A DNA stretch of 64,000 nt, from positions 1,730-65,729 of the forward strand of contig CALRYE020000004.1 of NCBI GenBank assembly GCA_943372275.1. Direction: 5' to 3'. Origin of the DNA: Janthinobacterium lividum (GTDB taxonomy: Bacteria; Pseudomonadota; Gammaproteobacteria; Burkholderiales; Burkholderiaceae_D). Position 1 is the stretch's first letter. Each line of letters opens with the position of its first letter. Made by a program: the position numbers and the translations under genes. Shown here one piece after another: positions 51,018-59,499 of this stretch. The notes below the pieces were generated by a model that saw only the letters and a program-made list of their open reading frames with translations, had not been told where the DNA came from and did no database searches.

Positions 51018-52415
51018 ATGAACCACGACGGCAAAGCGGCATCGCGCAGGGCGTTCCTGAAACGGGCATCGGCGCTGTCGATTGCCGGCGTGGCCGCGCC
51101 GTGGGCGCTGAACTTGGCCGCCATGGCTGAAGCGAGCGCGGCCGGCGCGAGTGGCTATAAGGCGCTGGTGTGCGTGTTTCTGTATGGCGGCAACGACTAC
51201 GCCAACACGCTGGTGCCGTACGACGCCGATAACTATGCGCTGTACCAGCAATTCCGCCCGTCGCTGGCCACCGCGCGCGAGCTGCTCACGCCGACCCTGC
51301 TCACGCCCGAGCTCGCCCCACGCGACGCGCGCGGCTTTCCCCATCAATATGCGCTGGCGCCGCAACTGGCGCCGCTGCTGCCGCTGTTCGACGGCGGCCG
51401 GCTGGGCATCATGCTCAACGTCGGCCCGCTGGTGCAGCCGACCAGCAAGCAGCAGTACGCGAGCAAGTCGGTCAGGCTGCCGCCCAAGCTGTTTTCGCAC
51501 AACGACCAGCAGTCGGTGTGGCAATCGTCGCTGCCGGAAGGGGCCACGTCCGGCTGGGGCGGTCGCATGGGCGACCTGTTCGAGGCGGGCAATGCCAACG
51601 CCACGTTCACTTGTGTGAACGTGGCCAACAATGCAGTGTTCTTGTCGGGCAAATCGGTGGCGCAGTACCAGATTTCGGTCAACGGTTCGGTGCCGCTGGC
51701 CGGGCTGAAGAAACCGCTGTTTGGTTCGGCTGCCTGCTCGGCTGCATTGCGCACGCTGATCACCGAGCCGCGCAGCCATGTGCTGGAAAGCGAGTACAAC
51801 CGCATCAGCCGGCGTTCGCTGGACGCCAACGAGATCCTGACGGGCGCGCTGGCCGCCGCACCGGCGCTGGAGACGGTTTTCCCGGTTGGGAACAGCCTGG
51901 CCGATCAGCTCAAGATGGTGGCGCGCATGATCGCCGCAGCGCCGGCCTTGGGCACCAAGCGGCAGGTATTTTTTGTCTCGCTGGGCGGCTTCGACAACCA
52001 CGACGGACTGCTGACCGATCACCCGGTGCTGATGACCAAGCTGGGCGAAGCGCTGGCCGCGTTCGATGCGGCCACCACTGAGCTGAAGGTGGCTGATCAG
52101 GTGACCACGTTCACCGCGTCCGACTTCGGACGCACGCTGACGGGCAACAGCAACGGCTCGGACCACGGCTGGGGCAGCATGCACATGGTGATGGGTGGTG
52201 CGGTCAAGGGACGGGCGTTCTATGGTACTGCGCCCGTGGTGGCCAACAATGGACCGGACGATGTCGGCCAGGGGCGCCTGTTGCCGAGTACTTCGGTGGA
52301 GCAGTTTGCGGCGACCATGGGTAGCTGGCTGGGGGTGTCGGACAGTGAGTTGCTGGCGTTGTTGCCTAGTTTGGGCAATTACGATGCGGGTAGCCGCAAC
52401 TTGGGCTTTCTGTAA
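51018..52415 (+). CDS. DUF1501-family protein (sulfatase/phosphatase-like fold) with Tat signal
   Basis: Twin-arginine motif SRRAFLKRASALSIAG. FVSLGGFDNHD and GSDHGWG motifs. Confidence 0.8.
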   Translation: MNHDGKAASRRAFLKRASALSIAGVAAPWALNLAAMAEASAAGASGYKALVCVFLYGGNDYANTLVPYDADNYALYQQFRPSLATARELLTPTLLTPELAPRDARGFPHQYALAPQLAPLLPLFDGGRLGIMLNVGPLVQPTSKQQYASKSVRLPPKLFSHNDQQSVWQSSLPEGATSGWGGRMGDLFEAGNANATFTCVNVANNAVFLSGKSVAQYQISVNGSVPLAGLKKPLFGSAACSAALRTLITEPRSHVLESEYNRISRRSLDANEILTGALAAAPALETVFPVGNSLADQLKMVARMIAAAPALGTKRQVFFVSLGGFDNHDGLLTDHPVLMTKLGEALAAFDAATTELKVADQVTTFTASDFGRTLTGNSNGSDHGWGSMHMVMGGAVKGRAFYGTAPVVANNGPDDVGQGRLLPSTSVEQFAATMGSWLGVSDSELLALLPSLGNYDAGSRNLGFL

Positions 52416-52485
52416 AAGCACTTGTTCAGCGCAGTGAAGCGCTTATCCTCCAATCCGCAGGCGCCCTTGCGCTTCCCCCTACGAT

Positions 52486-52557
52486 GTGGCTGAGGGTCAT
52501 GTGGCTGAGGGCTGAGGGCTAAGGGGCTAAGGGGCTAAGGGGCTAAGGGGCTAAGGG
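52486..52557. repeat. Octanucleotide tandem repeat (GCTAAGGG)x5 preceded by degenerate GGCTGAGG units
   Basis: Five perfect head-to-tail copies span 52518-52557. Upstream lie GTGGCTGAGG-GTCAT-GTGGCTGAGG-GCTGAGG. Confidence 0.9.
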
Positions 52558-52810
52558 TCAGGTCTGGTAAACGGACACGAGCTCTTCCCAAACATCCCGA
52601 TTGATCTTTCCCGAAAATCCCCTCGACTAAAATCATCACCAACGAAACAAGCTCGGCCTAGTGATACGGCCGAGCTCGTGTCCGTTTACCAGACCTGACC
52701 CCGGCGTTGTTTGCGAAAATCCCATCGACTAAAATCATCACCAACGAAACAAGCTCGGCCAAGTGATGCGGCCGAGCTTGTGTCCGTTTACCAGACCTGA
52801 CCCCAGCGTC
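52555..52810. repeat. Structured intergenic element: ~30-bp inverted repeat plus two ~95-bp near-identical direct repeats
   Basis: GGGTCAGGTCTGGTAAACGGACACGAGCTC (52555-52584) is the reverse complement of 52672-52701. The unit CGAAAATCCC.TCGACTAAAATCATCACCAACGAAACAAGCTCGGCC.AGTGAT.CGGCCGAGCT.GTGTCCGTTTACCAGACCTGACCCC occurs at ~52611-52706 and again at ~52714-52809 with a handful of substitutions. Confidence 0.85.
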
Positions 52811-53126
52811 GTTTGCCAGGCCTGCGCGCCAGCGTTGCCCTCGGCCGACTGCAGAAAGCGCCATGCCGTGAGCCAGGCCATCGGCGCCGCGGCCGCATGT
52901 ATAACCCGTGACCGCAATCGTCACAGCGGCCCTGCGCGTCCAAGCAACTGGCCCTTATTGTTCGGTTTTTGTGGATAGTTAATTCGCAAGTGCGCTCTCA
53001 CGCATGGTCGCATTGTTATGCAATCATCCGTCGCTCCAGCTGCTTCAGCTTGCCAACGGGCCGCATCCAGCGCGCCGGCGTGGCTGACGGCCCGCCAACC
53101 TATTCGCTCAACACGTCAGGATTGTT

Positions 53127-55178
53127 TTGAAAATTGCGCACCACCGCGATCAGCTGATCGGCATGCTGGCCGAAGCGGCCGAAATCGAACACTGCCTGAT
53201 GTGCAGCTACCTGTACGCCGCATTTTCCCTCAAGCAAAGCGTCGACGAGGACTTGCTCCCGCATGAACTGGCGGCGGTCAAACGATGGCGTGCCGAGATC
53301 GTCGCCATCGCGACCGAGGAAATGCTGCATCTGGCGCTGGTGAACAATCTGCTGATCGCCGTTGGCTCGCGCCCTCATTACCGGCACTTTAATTTTCCCG
53401 CTTCGGCCGGCCAGTTTCCCGCCGATCTCGCGGTCGCCCTGCTGCCCTTCGACGCCGCCACGCTCGACCATTTCGTCTACGTGGAGCGCCCTATCCGCGC
53501 CGACGAGCATGACGGCGGGTCGCTCGAGAAGCCGCACTATTCGCGCGACATGGCGCGCGGCGACCTGGCCACCGAGACGAACGTCGACTACGCCACCGTG
53601 GGCGAACTGTATGACACCATCGGCGCCAGCCTGGCACATCTGGCCGAGCAGCTGGGCGAGAACGGCCTGTTTGTCGGCCTGCCGGAGGCGCAGCTCAGCG
53701 CGCGCGACGTGTTCCTGCCGGGCCTGTGCACCATCGCCACGCAGGCCGACGCCGCCCGCGCGCTGGCGCTCATCGTGGAACAGGGCGAGGGCTCCCTGGT
53801 CTGCGAGGATACCTCGCACTACGCCCGCTTTCGCACCATCCGCGAGCAGTGGCAGACCCTGTCGGCGCAGCGGCGCGGCTTCGTGCCGGCGCGCAGGGCC
53901 GCGCGCCACCCGGTGATGCGCGCGCCGGTAGCTCAGGACGCGCGGGTACAGGTGATCAGCGAACCGGCCCTGTCGCTGCTCGATGTGGCCAACGGCAGCT
54001 ATTTTCTGATGCTGCGCTTGTTCGCCCTGATGAGCGACCCGGTCAACTGCCTGCTGCCGCGCGGCGCCATCATGGGGCAGGCCATGCACCTGATGCACGC
54101 GGTGGCCGACTTGGGCGCGGCGCTAACCGCGTTGCCCGCCAATCCTGCGCACCCCGGCATCATGGCGGGCATGACCTTTACTCTGTCGCGCACCGCGCTT
54201 GGGTTCGAGTCGGCCGAATCGGCCGGACAGCTCATCGCCGAGCGCATGGAACTGCTGGCAGACCACGCTGAGGCATGCGTTGCCGCCTTGCCCGCGCTGA
54301 CCCGGTTCGCCCTGACCCTGCGCGAGGCGGCCGCGATCTGGCGCGCAGCGCATGACAGCAAGGTCACTGCGTCAGCGTCGGCAGCGGGAGCGAGCAGCGG
54401 CGAACGAAGTGACGAACCAAGCGACGAACGAAGTGACGCACCAAGCGGCGAACAAAGCGACGAACGGAGAGAAGATCACAGCCACGATCGAGGCGGCCAG
54501 TCCCGCACCGACGCCGATGACGCTGTCGAAACGGTGCACGGCGCCAGCGGCACGATCTATTTTCGGGCGCAGCGTTGCATCCACTCGCGTCACTGCGTGC
54601 TCGAAGAACCGGACGTATTCCAGGCTAACCGCGAAGGGGCGTGGATCTTCCCGGACAACGCAACGCCCGAGCGTCTCGATCGCGTGGCCCGGCGCTGCGT
54701 GTCGGGCGCAATCCGCTTTGCCCGCAGCGACGGCGGCGCCAGGGAAAGCGCACCACCGGTGAACTTGATCCGCATGCGCGAAGCAGGACCGCTGGCGCTC
54801 AACGCAGCAGTCACGCTGGTGCGGCCTGACGGCGCCGCCACCGAGGAACTGCGGGTCACGCTGTGCCGCTGCGGTCAGTCGCGCAACAAGCCATTCTGCG
54901 ACCAGTCGCATCTGGCGGCGCAGTTCGACGCCCCGGGCGAGACCATCAGCCGGCCATCGGATCCGCTGGCCGAGCGGGCCGGGCCGCTGGTGGTCACACC
55001 ACTGCATAACGGACCGCTCGACGTACGGGGTGCCGCCGAAGTGCTCACTGGTACCGGGCGGACCGTGGAGCGGACCACGGGGGTGCGGCTATGCAGGTGC
55101 GGGGCCTCGGCGGACAAGCCGTTCTGCGACGGCAGTCACCGGCGCGTGGGGTTCGAGGCCGACGGCATAGGCGTGTAA
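53127..55178 (+). CDS. Multidomain protein: ferritin-like (VioB-type) N-terminal region + divergent 4Fe-4S (Fer4_19-like) + two CDGSH iron-sulfur motifs
   Basis: The N-terminus reads LAEAAEIEHCLMCSYLYAAFSL...ATEEMLHLALVNNLL. After a Ser/Asp/Glu-rich linker comes IYFRAQRCIHSRHCV...RRCVSGAI. Then follow CRCGQSRNKPFCDQSH and CRCGASADKPFCDGSH. Confidence 0.75.
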   Translation: MKIAHHRDQLIGMLAEAAEIEHCLMCSYLYAAFSLKQSVDEDLLPHELAAVKRWRAEIVAIATEEMLHLALVNNLLIAVGSRPHYRHFNFPASAGQFPADLAVALLPFDAATLDHFVYVERPIRADEHDGGSLEKPHYSRDMARGDLATETNVDYATVGELYDTIGASLAHLAEQLGENGLFVGLPEAQLSARDVFLPGLCTIATQADAARALALIVEQGEGSLVCEDTSHYARFRTIREQWQTLSAQRRGFVPARRAARHPVMRAPVAQDARVQVISEPALSLLDVANGSYFLMLRLFALMSDPVNCLLPRGAIMGQAMHLMHAVADLGAALTALPANPAHPGIMAGMTFTLSRTALGFESAESAGQLIAERMELLADHAEACVAALPALTRFALTLREAAAIWRAAHDSKVTASASAAGASSGERSDEPSDERSDAPSGEQSDERREDHSHDRGGQSRTDADDAVETVHGASGTIYFRAQRCIHSRHCVLEEPDVFQANREGAWIFPDNATPERLDRVARRCVSGAIRFARSDGGARESAPPVNLIRMREAGPLALNAAVTLVRPDGAATEELRVTLCRCGQSRNKPFCDQSHLAAQFDAPGETISRPSDPLAERAGPLVVTPLHNGPLDVRGAAEVLTGTGRTVERTTGVRLCRCGASADKPFCDGSHRRVGFEADGIGV

Positions 55179-55248
55179 AACCCACGCAAGCCATGGACGC
55201 TTGATCGGAACGTATCGCGCGGGACGAGTTCGAACCGGGCGATTGGCG

Positions 55249-57630
55249 TCATCGGGCCTGGATCGGCGTCAGAAAAATCGCCGACGTCCACACCCGCGAC
55301 TGGTCGCGCTGCCGCGCCGTAACGAACAGCGGATGCTCGCGCCCCGGCGCCAGATCGAGCTGGCTCAATGCGATCTCCCCCGCCACATCGCGCGGCAGTG
55401 ACGCCGCACTGATGCGCTCAACCGACACCTTCAGCTCCGCACCCGGCAACACCTGCTCGACGCGCCCATCGACCAGCAGCGCCGCGCCGCTCACGGCCAG
55501 CTTCACGTTCGGCGCATGCACATACGCCTGCGGCTGCAACGGATCGCCCACCTTGATATACCCGTCGATGCGCGACTCCACTTCGATGCTGCACCCCTCC
55601 AGCGCCGACAAGCTCAACTCGAAACTGTCAGTGTCGCCACTGGTGCTGGTCCGAAACGCGATGGTGGTGGCGTCCTGGCGCCAGCAAGTCTGCTCCGGAT
55701 GATCCAGCCCGAACGCCTGAAAGTCCAGCACCACCGCGCCAATCACGCGAATCGTGCCGCTCCAGTAAGCGCCCCGATAGCGTTCGCGCACGCGCGCGCC
55801 GCCCACGCGCAGGCGCACCTTCGCCGGCGCCAGCCCGGCCTCGCGCTGCAAGTCGCGCTGCCAGATGCACTTGTCGCCATCGAACAGGCTGACCTCCTCC
55901 CAGCCCTGATCGCCCAGCAAGCGATAACTGAGCGCGTCGCCCTGCCCCGCCTCCACCACATCGCCCATCAAGTGCTCGCCCAGACGCAGGCTGGCGAAGC
56001 TGCGCTCGCCCGTGGTGGCGAAGGTATGGCGCGCGCGCAGCGCCTTGGCCACGCCGTCGCGGTCGAAGCGCTCCGCGATCACGCCGGTCAGCCCGCCGCG
56101 CGAGCCGAACACGGCAGTGGCCGGCACCCCACCGCCGCAGCGGCCCTGGTGTTCGTCGCTGTTGGCCGCCGCGCCCATGCGGTAGCCTTTCTGCAGCGCT
56201 TCGGCGTAGACCCAGTGAAACTGCCCCCACGCCGAGCCGACCTCGATCAGCCGCTCCAGTTCCGGGTGGTGCCAGTCCAGATTGCAGCGCCGCCCGCCAA
56301 TATGCGGCATCATCAGGTGCCCTTCCGGATCGTGCGCGTAGGCCGCGTACAGTTCGTCGACCGGCCACGCGCCGGGCTTTAACGTGCCGGCGGTGAACTC
56401 ATTCCACTCGAACGAGCGCACCAGCCGCCCGTGTTTGTCGAACGGGAACTGCGGCTTGCCGTCGCGCAGGAACACCACGTTGCGGTCGCCTCCGGCGCTG
56501 GAATTGCCGCACCACTCCGTGCCCGGATAGCAGACAAACCGGCCGGCCTCGTTCAGGCTGTGGATCAGTTCGACCGCCTTGTCCCAGCGTTTTTCGGTGA
56601 TATTGAAGTCGTTGGCGGTGTAGCCCAGCACGTCCAGCCCGGCCACGTCGCGCCCGTAGCTCAGGTTGTACAGCGTGTCGTTGGTGCCGACCGTGTCGTC
56701 GGAATGCACGTGCAGGTCGGCGTACAACGCGCGCAGTGCGCCTTTGCGGGTTTCACTGTTCACAAAAGCGCGCGCCGCCAGCGGATTGGCGCCCGCGGTC
56801 GCCGCATCCAGCGACCATTCGCCCTGCTCTTCCAAGGTCAGCGCACCCAGGCGCACCACCGCCCAGCCCTGCTCGGCCAGCGTAAACGGCAGCTCGCGCC
56901 GCACGCCGCCGGGGCCGGCCAGCCGCAGCGTGCCTGCCAGCGGCAGGTTGCGGCAGGTATTGCCCCAGATATCGTCGGCGCGCACGATGATGTCGAACGG
57001 CTCGTCGCTGCCAACCAGCCGCGGCGCCACGATCTGCAACTGCTGCGGCGCGGCCGGCACGATGTCGAGCAGAATATCGCCCGGCACCTCGGCGAACTTG
57101 GAACTGCCCAGCGGATCGATGAACATGCGGAACTGGAAGCCTTGCTCGACAAAGCTCTGCACCCGCGTGCCGCCGCCGCCCTGGCGCTTGTCGCCCAGCC
57201 GGATCACGATGCGGTCGCCGGGGTTCAGATAGCCATCGACGATGTCGACGATGACCGCCTTCTGGAACGGCCGCTCATGCCCCTTCTGGTCGAAGCGCAC
57301 CTTCAGATGCTGCACCGTGGCCGCGCTCTGGCCCGGAGCCAGTTCGCCCGCGTGGTACTCGGCCGAGACGAAGTTGGCGCCGTGCGGGTCGCTGGTCTGG
57401 AACAGCGCCCAGTCGGAATAAAACTTGAAGGCCAGCTTGAGCCAGGCGCCGTCGGCCAGTCCCGAGCCGCCCACGGTGTAGACCAGTTGTAATTCGGTGG
57501 TTTCGCCGGCGGCCAGCTGGCGCCGGTCGCACGTCACGCTGCCCAAAAACGGGCGCGCCTTGTTGCGCTCGTACAGGCCGGTCGGGGCGAAGTAGTGGCC
57601 GGCTTCGGTGCGGGGATCGAATGGATGCAT
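55249..57630 (-). CDS. Large PHP-like metal-dependent hydrolase (DUF3604/CehA-like) with ~300-aa N-terminal beta-rich region
   Basis: LYADLHVHSDDTVG and AAANSDEHQG resemble PHP-fold metal ligands. 793 aa, the last gene of the ABC operon. Confidence 0.55.
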   Translation of the reverse strand: MHPFDPRTEAGHYFAPTGLYERNKARPFLGSVTCDRRQLAAGETTELQLVYTVGGSGLADGAWLKLAFKFYSDWALFQTSDPHGANFVSAEYHAGELAPGQSAATVQHLKVRFDQKGHERPFQKAVIVDIVDGYLNPGDRIVIRLGDKRQGGGGTRVQSFVEQGFQFRMFIDPLGSSKFAEVPGDILLDIVPAAPQQLQIVAPRLVGSDEPFDIIVRADDIWGNTCRNLPLAGTLRLAGPGGVRRELPFTLAEQGWAVVRLGALTLEEQGEWSLDAATAGANPLAARAFVNSETRKGALRALYADLHVHSDDTVGTNDTLYNLSYGRDVAGLDVLGYTANDFNITEKRWDKAVELIHSLNEAGRFVCYPGTEWCGNSSAGGDRNVVFLRDGKPQFPFDKHGRLVRSFEWNEFTAGTLKPGAWPVDELYAAYAHDPEGHLMMPHIGGRRCNLDWHHPELERLIEVGSAWGQFHWVYAEALQKGYRMGAAANSDEHQGRCGGGVPATAVFGSRGGLTGVIAERFDRDGVAKALRARHTFATTGERSFASLRLGEHLMGDVVEAGQGDALSYRLLGDQGWEEVSLFDGDKCIWQRDLQREAGLAPAKVRLRVGGARVRERYRGAYWSGTIRVIGAVVLDFQAFGLDHPEQTCWRQDATTIAFRTSTSGDTDSFELSLSALEGCSIEVESRIDGYIKVGDPLQPQAYVHAPNVKLAVSGAALLVDGRVEQVLPGAELKVSVERISAASLPRDVAGEIALSQLDLAPGREHPLFVTARQRDQSRVWTSAIFLTPIQAR

Positions 57631-57679
57631 GGGGGTGTCTTTCTTTATTTTAAATTCTTGGCGTCGTGGTGTAGATGCT

Positions 57680-58426
57680 CTACATGCGCCAGGTCTGGTA
57701 ATGCTGTTCGATGCGGCGGAACACCAGGCTTTCCATCAGCCAGGCGATCAGGCCGATCATCACGATGCCCAGCAGCACCTGGCTGCTGTTGCCGATCTGC
57801 CCGCCGGTGGACACCATCCAGCCGATGCCCTTGGTCGCGCCGATCATTTCGGCCGCCACCAGCGCGCGCCACGCCTGGCTAAAGCCAATCCGCAGCGCCG
57901 CCGTCAGGTACGGCAGCGACGCCGGAAAGTACACGTGGCGCAGCAGCTGCACGGGGCTGGCGCCCAGCACGCGGGCGGCGCGCACTTCGCCGCCGCGGAT
58001 GGCCTGCACGCCCTGCTGCACGGTAATCGCCATGGGGAACACGGCGGCGATGAAGATCACCACCACGATCGACCAGTAGCCGATGCCGAACACGATCATC
58101 GTCAGCGGCGCCCAGGCGATCGGCGGGATCGCCATGAATAGGCTGAACAGCGGGCTGGCGAAATCGCGCAGCCGCTGCGACAGGCCTGTTGCCGTTCCCA
58201 GCAACAGCGCTACCACCACGGCGGCGCCGAAGCCGCCCAGTTCTTCCAGGACGCTGGCAATCAGCTGCTCGCCCAGGCTGCCGCTGGCCAGCCAGCGCCA
58301 GCCTTCGGCCGCCACGGCCCACGGCTGCGGCAGGAGATAGCTGGGAAAGCGGGTCGCCGCCAGGCTCCACACCAGTACCAGGAAGGGCAGCGAGGCCCAG
58401 CCCCAGTTCGGTTTCGGCAAGCGCAT
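57680..58426 (-). CDS. ABC transporter permease (NitT/TauT family)
   Basis: 248-aa polytopic protein whose EAA-like loop reads AARVLGASPVQLLRHVYFPASLPY. Confidence 0.85.
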   Translation of the reverse strand: MRLPKPNWGWASLPFLVLVWSLAATRFPSYLLPQPWAVAAEGWRWLASGSLGEQLIASVLEELGGFGAAVVVALLLGTATGLSQRLRDFASPLFSLFMAIPPIAWAPLTMIVFGIGYWSIVVVIFIAAVFPMAITVQQGVQAIRGGEVRAARVLGASPVQLLRHVYFPASLPYLTAALRIGFSQAWRALVAAEMIGATKGIGWMVSTGGQIGNSSQVLLGIVMIGLIAWLMESLVFRRIEQHYQTWRM

Positions 58427-58430
58427 GGTG

Positions 58431-59438
58431 TCAGTGCTTTCCGGCCGGTCCGGTTTGTTCGGCGCGGCGCTGGAACGTGCTGTCGACCAGTTGCTCGACC
58501 TTCAATGGTTTGCCCATGAAGCCCAGCGTGGTGGAGTAATCCATCAGGCGCTGGATGAATTGCAGGTCGGACGGTTCCAGCCGGGCCGACCAGCCCAGCC
58601 GCTTGCGCGCTTCCTGCACGATAGCTTCCGGCGCCACGGTCGCGCCGCCCGTGGTCTGCACGGCTTCGAGCTTGAAGGCGGCGGCAATCAGGCGGTTGGC
58701 TTCGGCCGGCTGCTCCTTCAGGAAAGCGATGGCCTTCAAATGGGCGCGCAGCAGCTTGACCACGTCGTCCGGGCGCTCGGCCAGGGTCTTCGGCAGCGCG
58801 GCGATCACGTACCACGGGTAGTTGGGCAGCGCCTGATTCACGTCCAGCAGCAGGCGCGCATTGCCGCGCAGCAGCGCCTGGCTGACGAACGGCTCGAACG
58901 TGAACGCCGCGTCGACCACGTTGCGTTCCAGCGCGCCGTTCATGTTGGCAGGCGGCATGGCGATAATCGACAGGTCGCGGTCCGGGTCCAGCTTTGCATG
59001 TTCCTTCAACACATAGGCACGCAGCAGCACGTCCATGCCGCTGCCCTTGGCCAGACCTGCCACGCGCTTGCCGCGCAGGCCCGCCAGGTTCTTGATGGCG
59101 TCGCCGCTGTCGGCGATCAGCGCCGCCTGCCCGTAATTGACCTTGGCGATGATCTTGGCGTCCAGCCCGCGCGAGGCCCACTGGTAGACCGGCGGCGCGC
59201 CGACATAGGCGGCGTCGAGATCGCCCGAGGCGAAGGCTTGCTGCAGCTCGGGGCCGTCGCCGAACTGCTTCAGTTCCACGTTCAGTCCCTCGGCGGCGTA
59301 AAAGCCTTTTTTGTCGGCGATCAGGGCGGGGGCGTTGGCCATGGCGTACACCCAGCCGATGCGCAAGGGTTTGTCGGCGGCCTGCGCCATCAGGCCGAAC
59401 GACGCCAGCAGCAAGGCAGCGAGGATGTTCTTGAACAT
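58431..59438 (-). CDS. ABC transporter substrate-binding protein (NMT1/SsuA-like)
   Basis: Signal peptide MFKNILAALLLASFGLMAQA, then LRIGWVYAMANAPALIADKKGFY. Confidence 0.8.
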   Translation of the reverse strand: MFKNILAALLLASFGLMAQAADKPLRIGWVYAMANAPALIADKKGFYAAEGLNVELKQFGDGPELQQAFASGDLDAAYVGAPPVYQWASRGLDAKIIAKVNYGQAALIADSGDAIKNLAGLRGKRVAGLAKGSGMDVLLRAYVLKEHAKLDPDRDLSIIAMPPANMNGALERNVVDAAFTFEPFVSQALLRGNARLLLDVNQALPNYPWYVIAALPKTLAERPDDVVKLLRAHLKAIAFLKEQPAEANRLIAAAFKLEAVQTTGGATVAPEAIVQEARKRLGWSARLEPSDLQFIQRLMDYSTTLGFMGKPLKVEQLVDSTFQRRAEQTGPAGKH

Positions 59439-59499
59439 GGTAAAACTCCGTGGTCGTGGTTGATCGTGACTAAGTGGTATGCGCTGAACTGGCAGCGCG

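Noticed and set aside
52555-52810. Repeat structure considered as a CRISPR array
   Set aside because: There are only two full direct repeats of ~95 bp, which are far longer than CRISPR repeats. There are no regularly sized unique spacers and no cas genes in the window.
53100-54098. 332-aa minus-strand ORF
   Set aside because: It is antisense to the ferritin-like/CDGSH gene, and its composition is typical of shadow ORFs.
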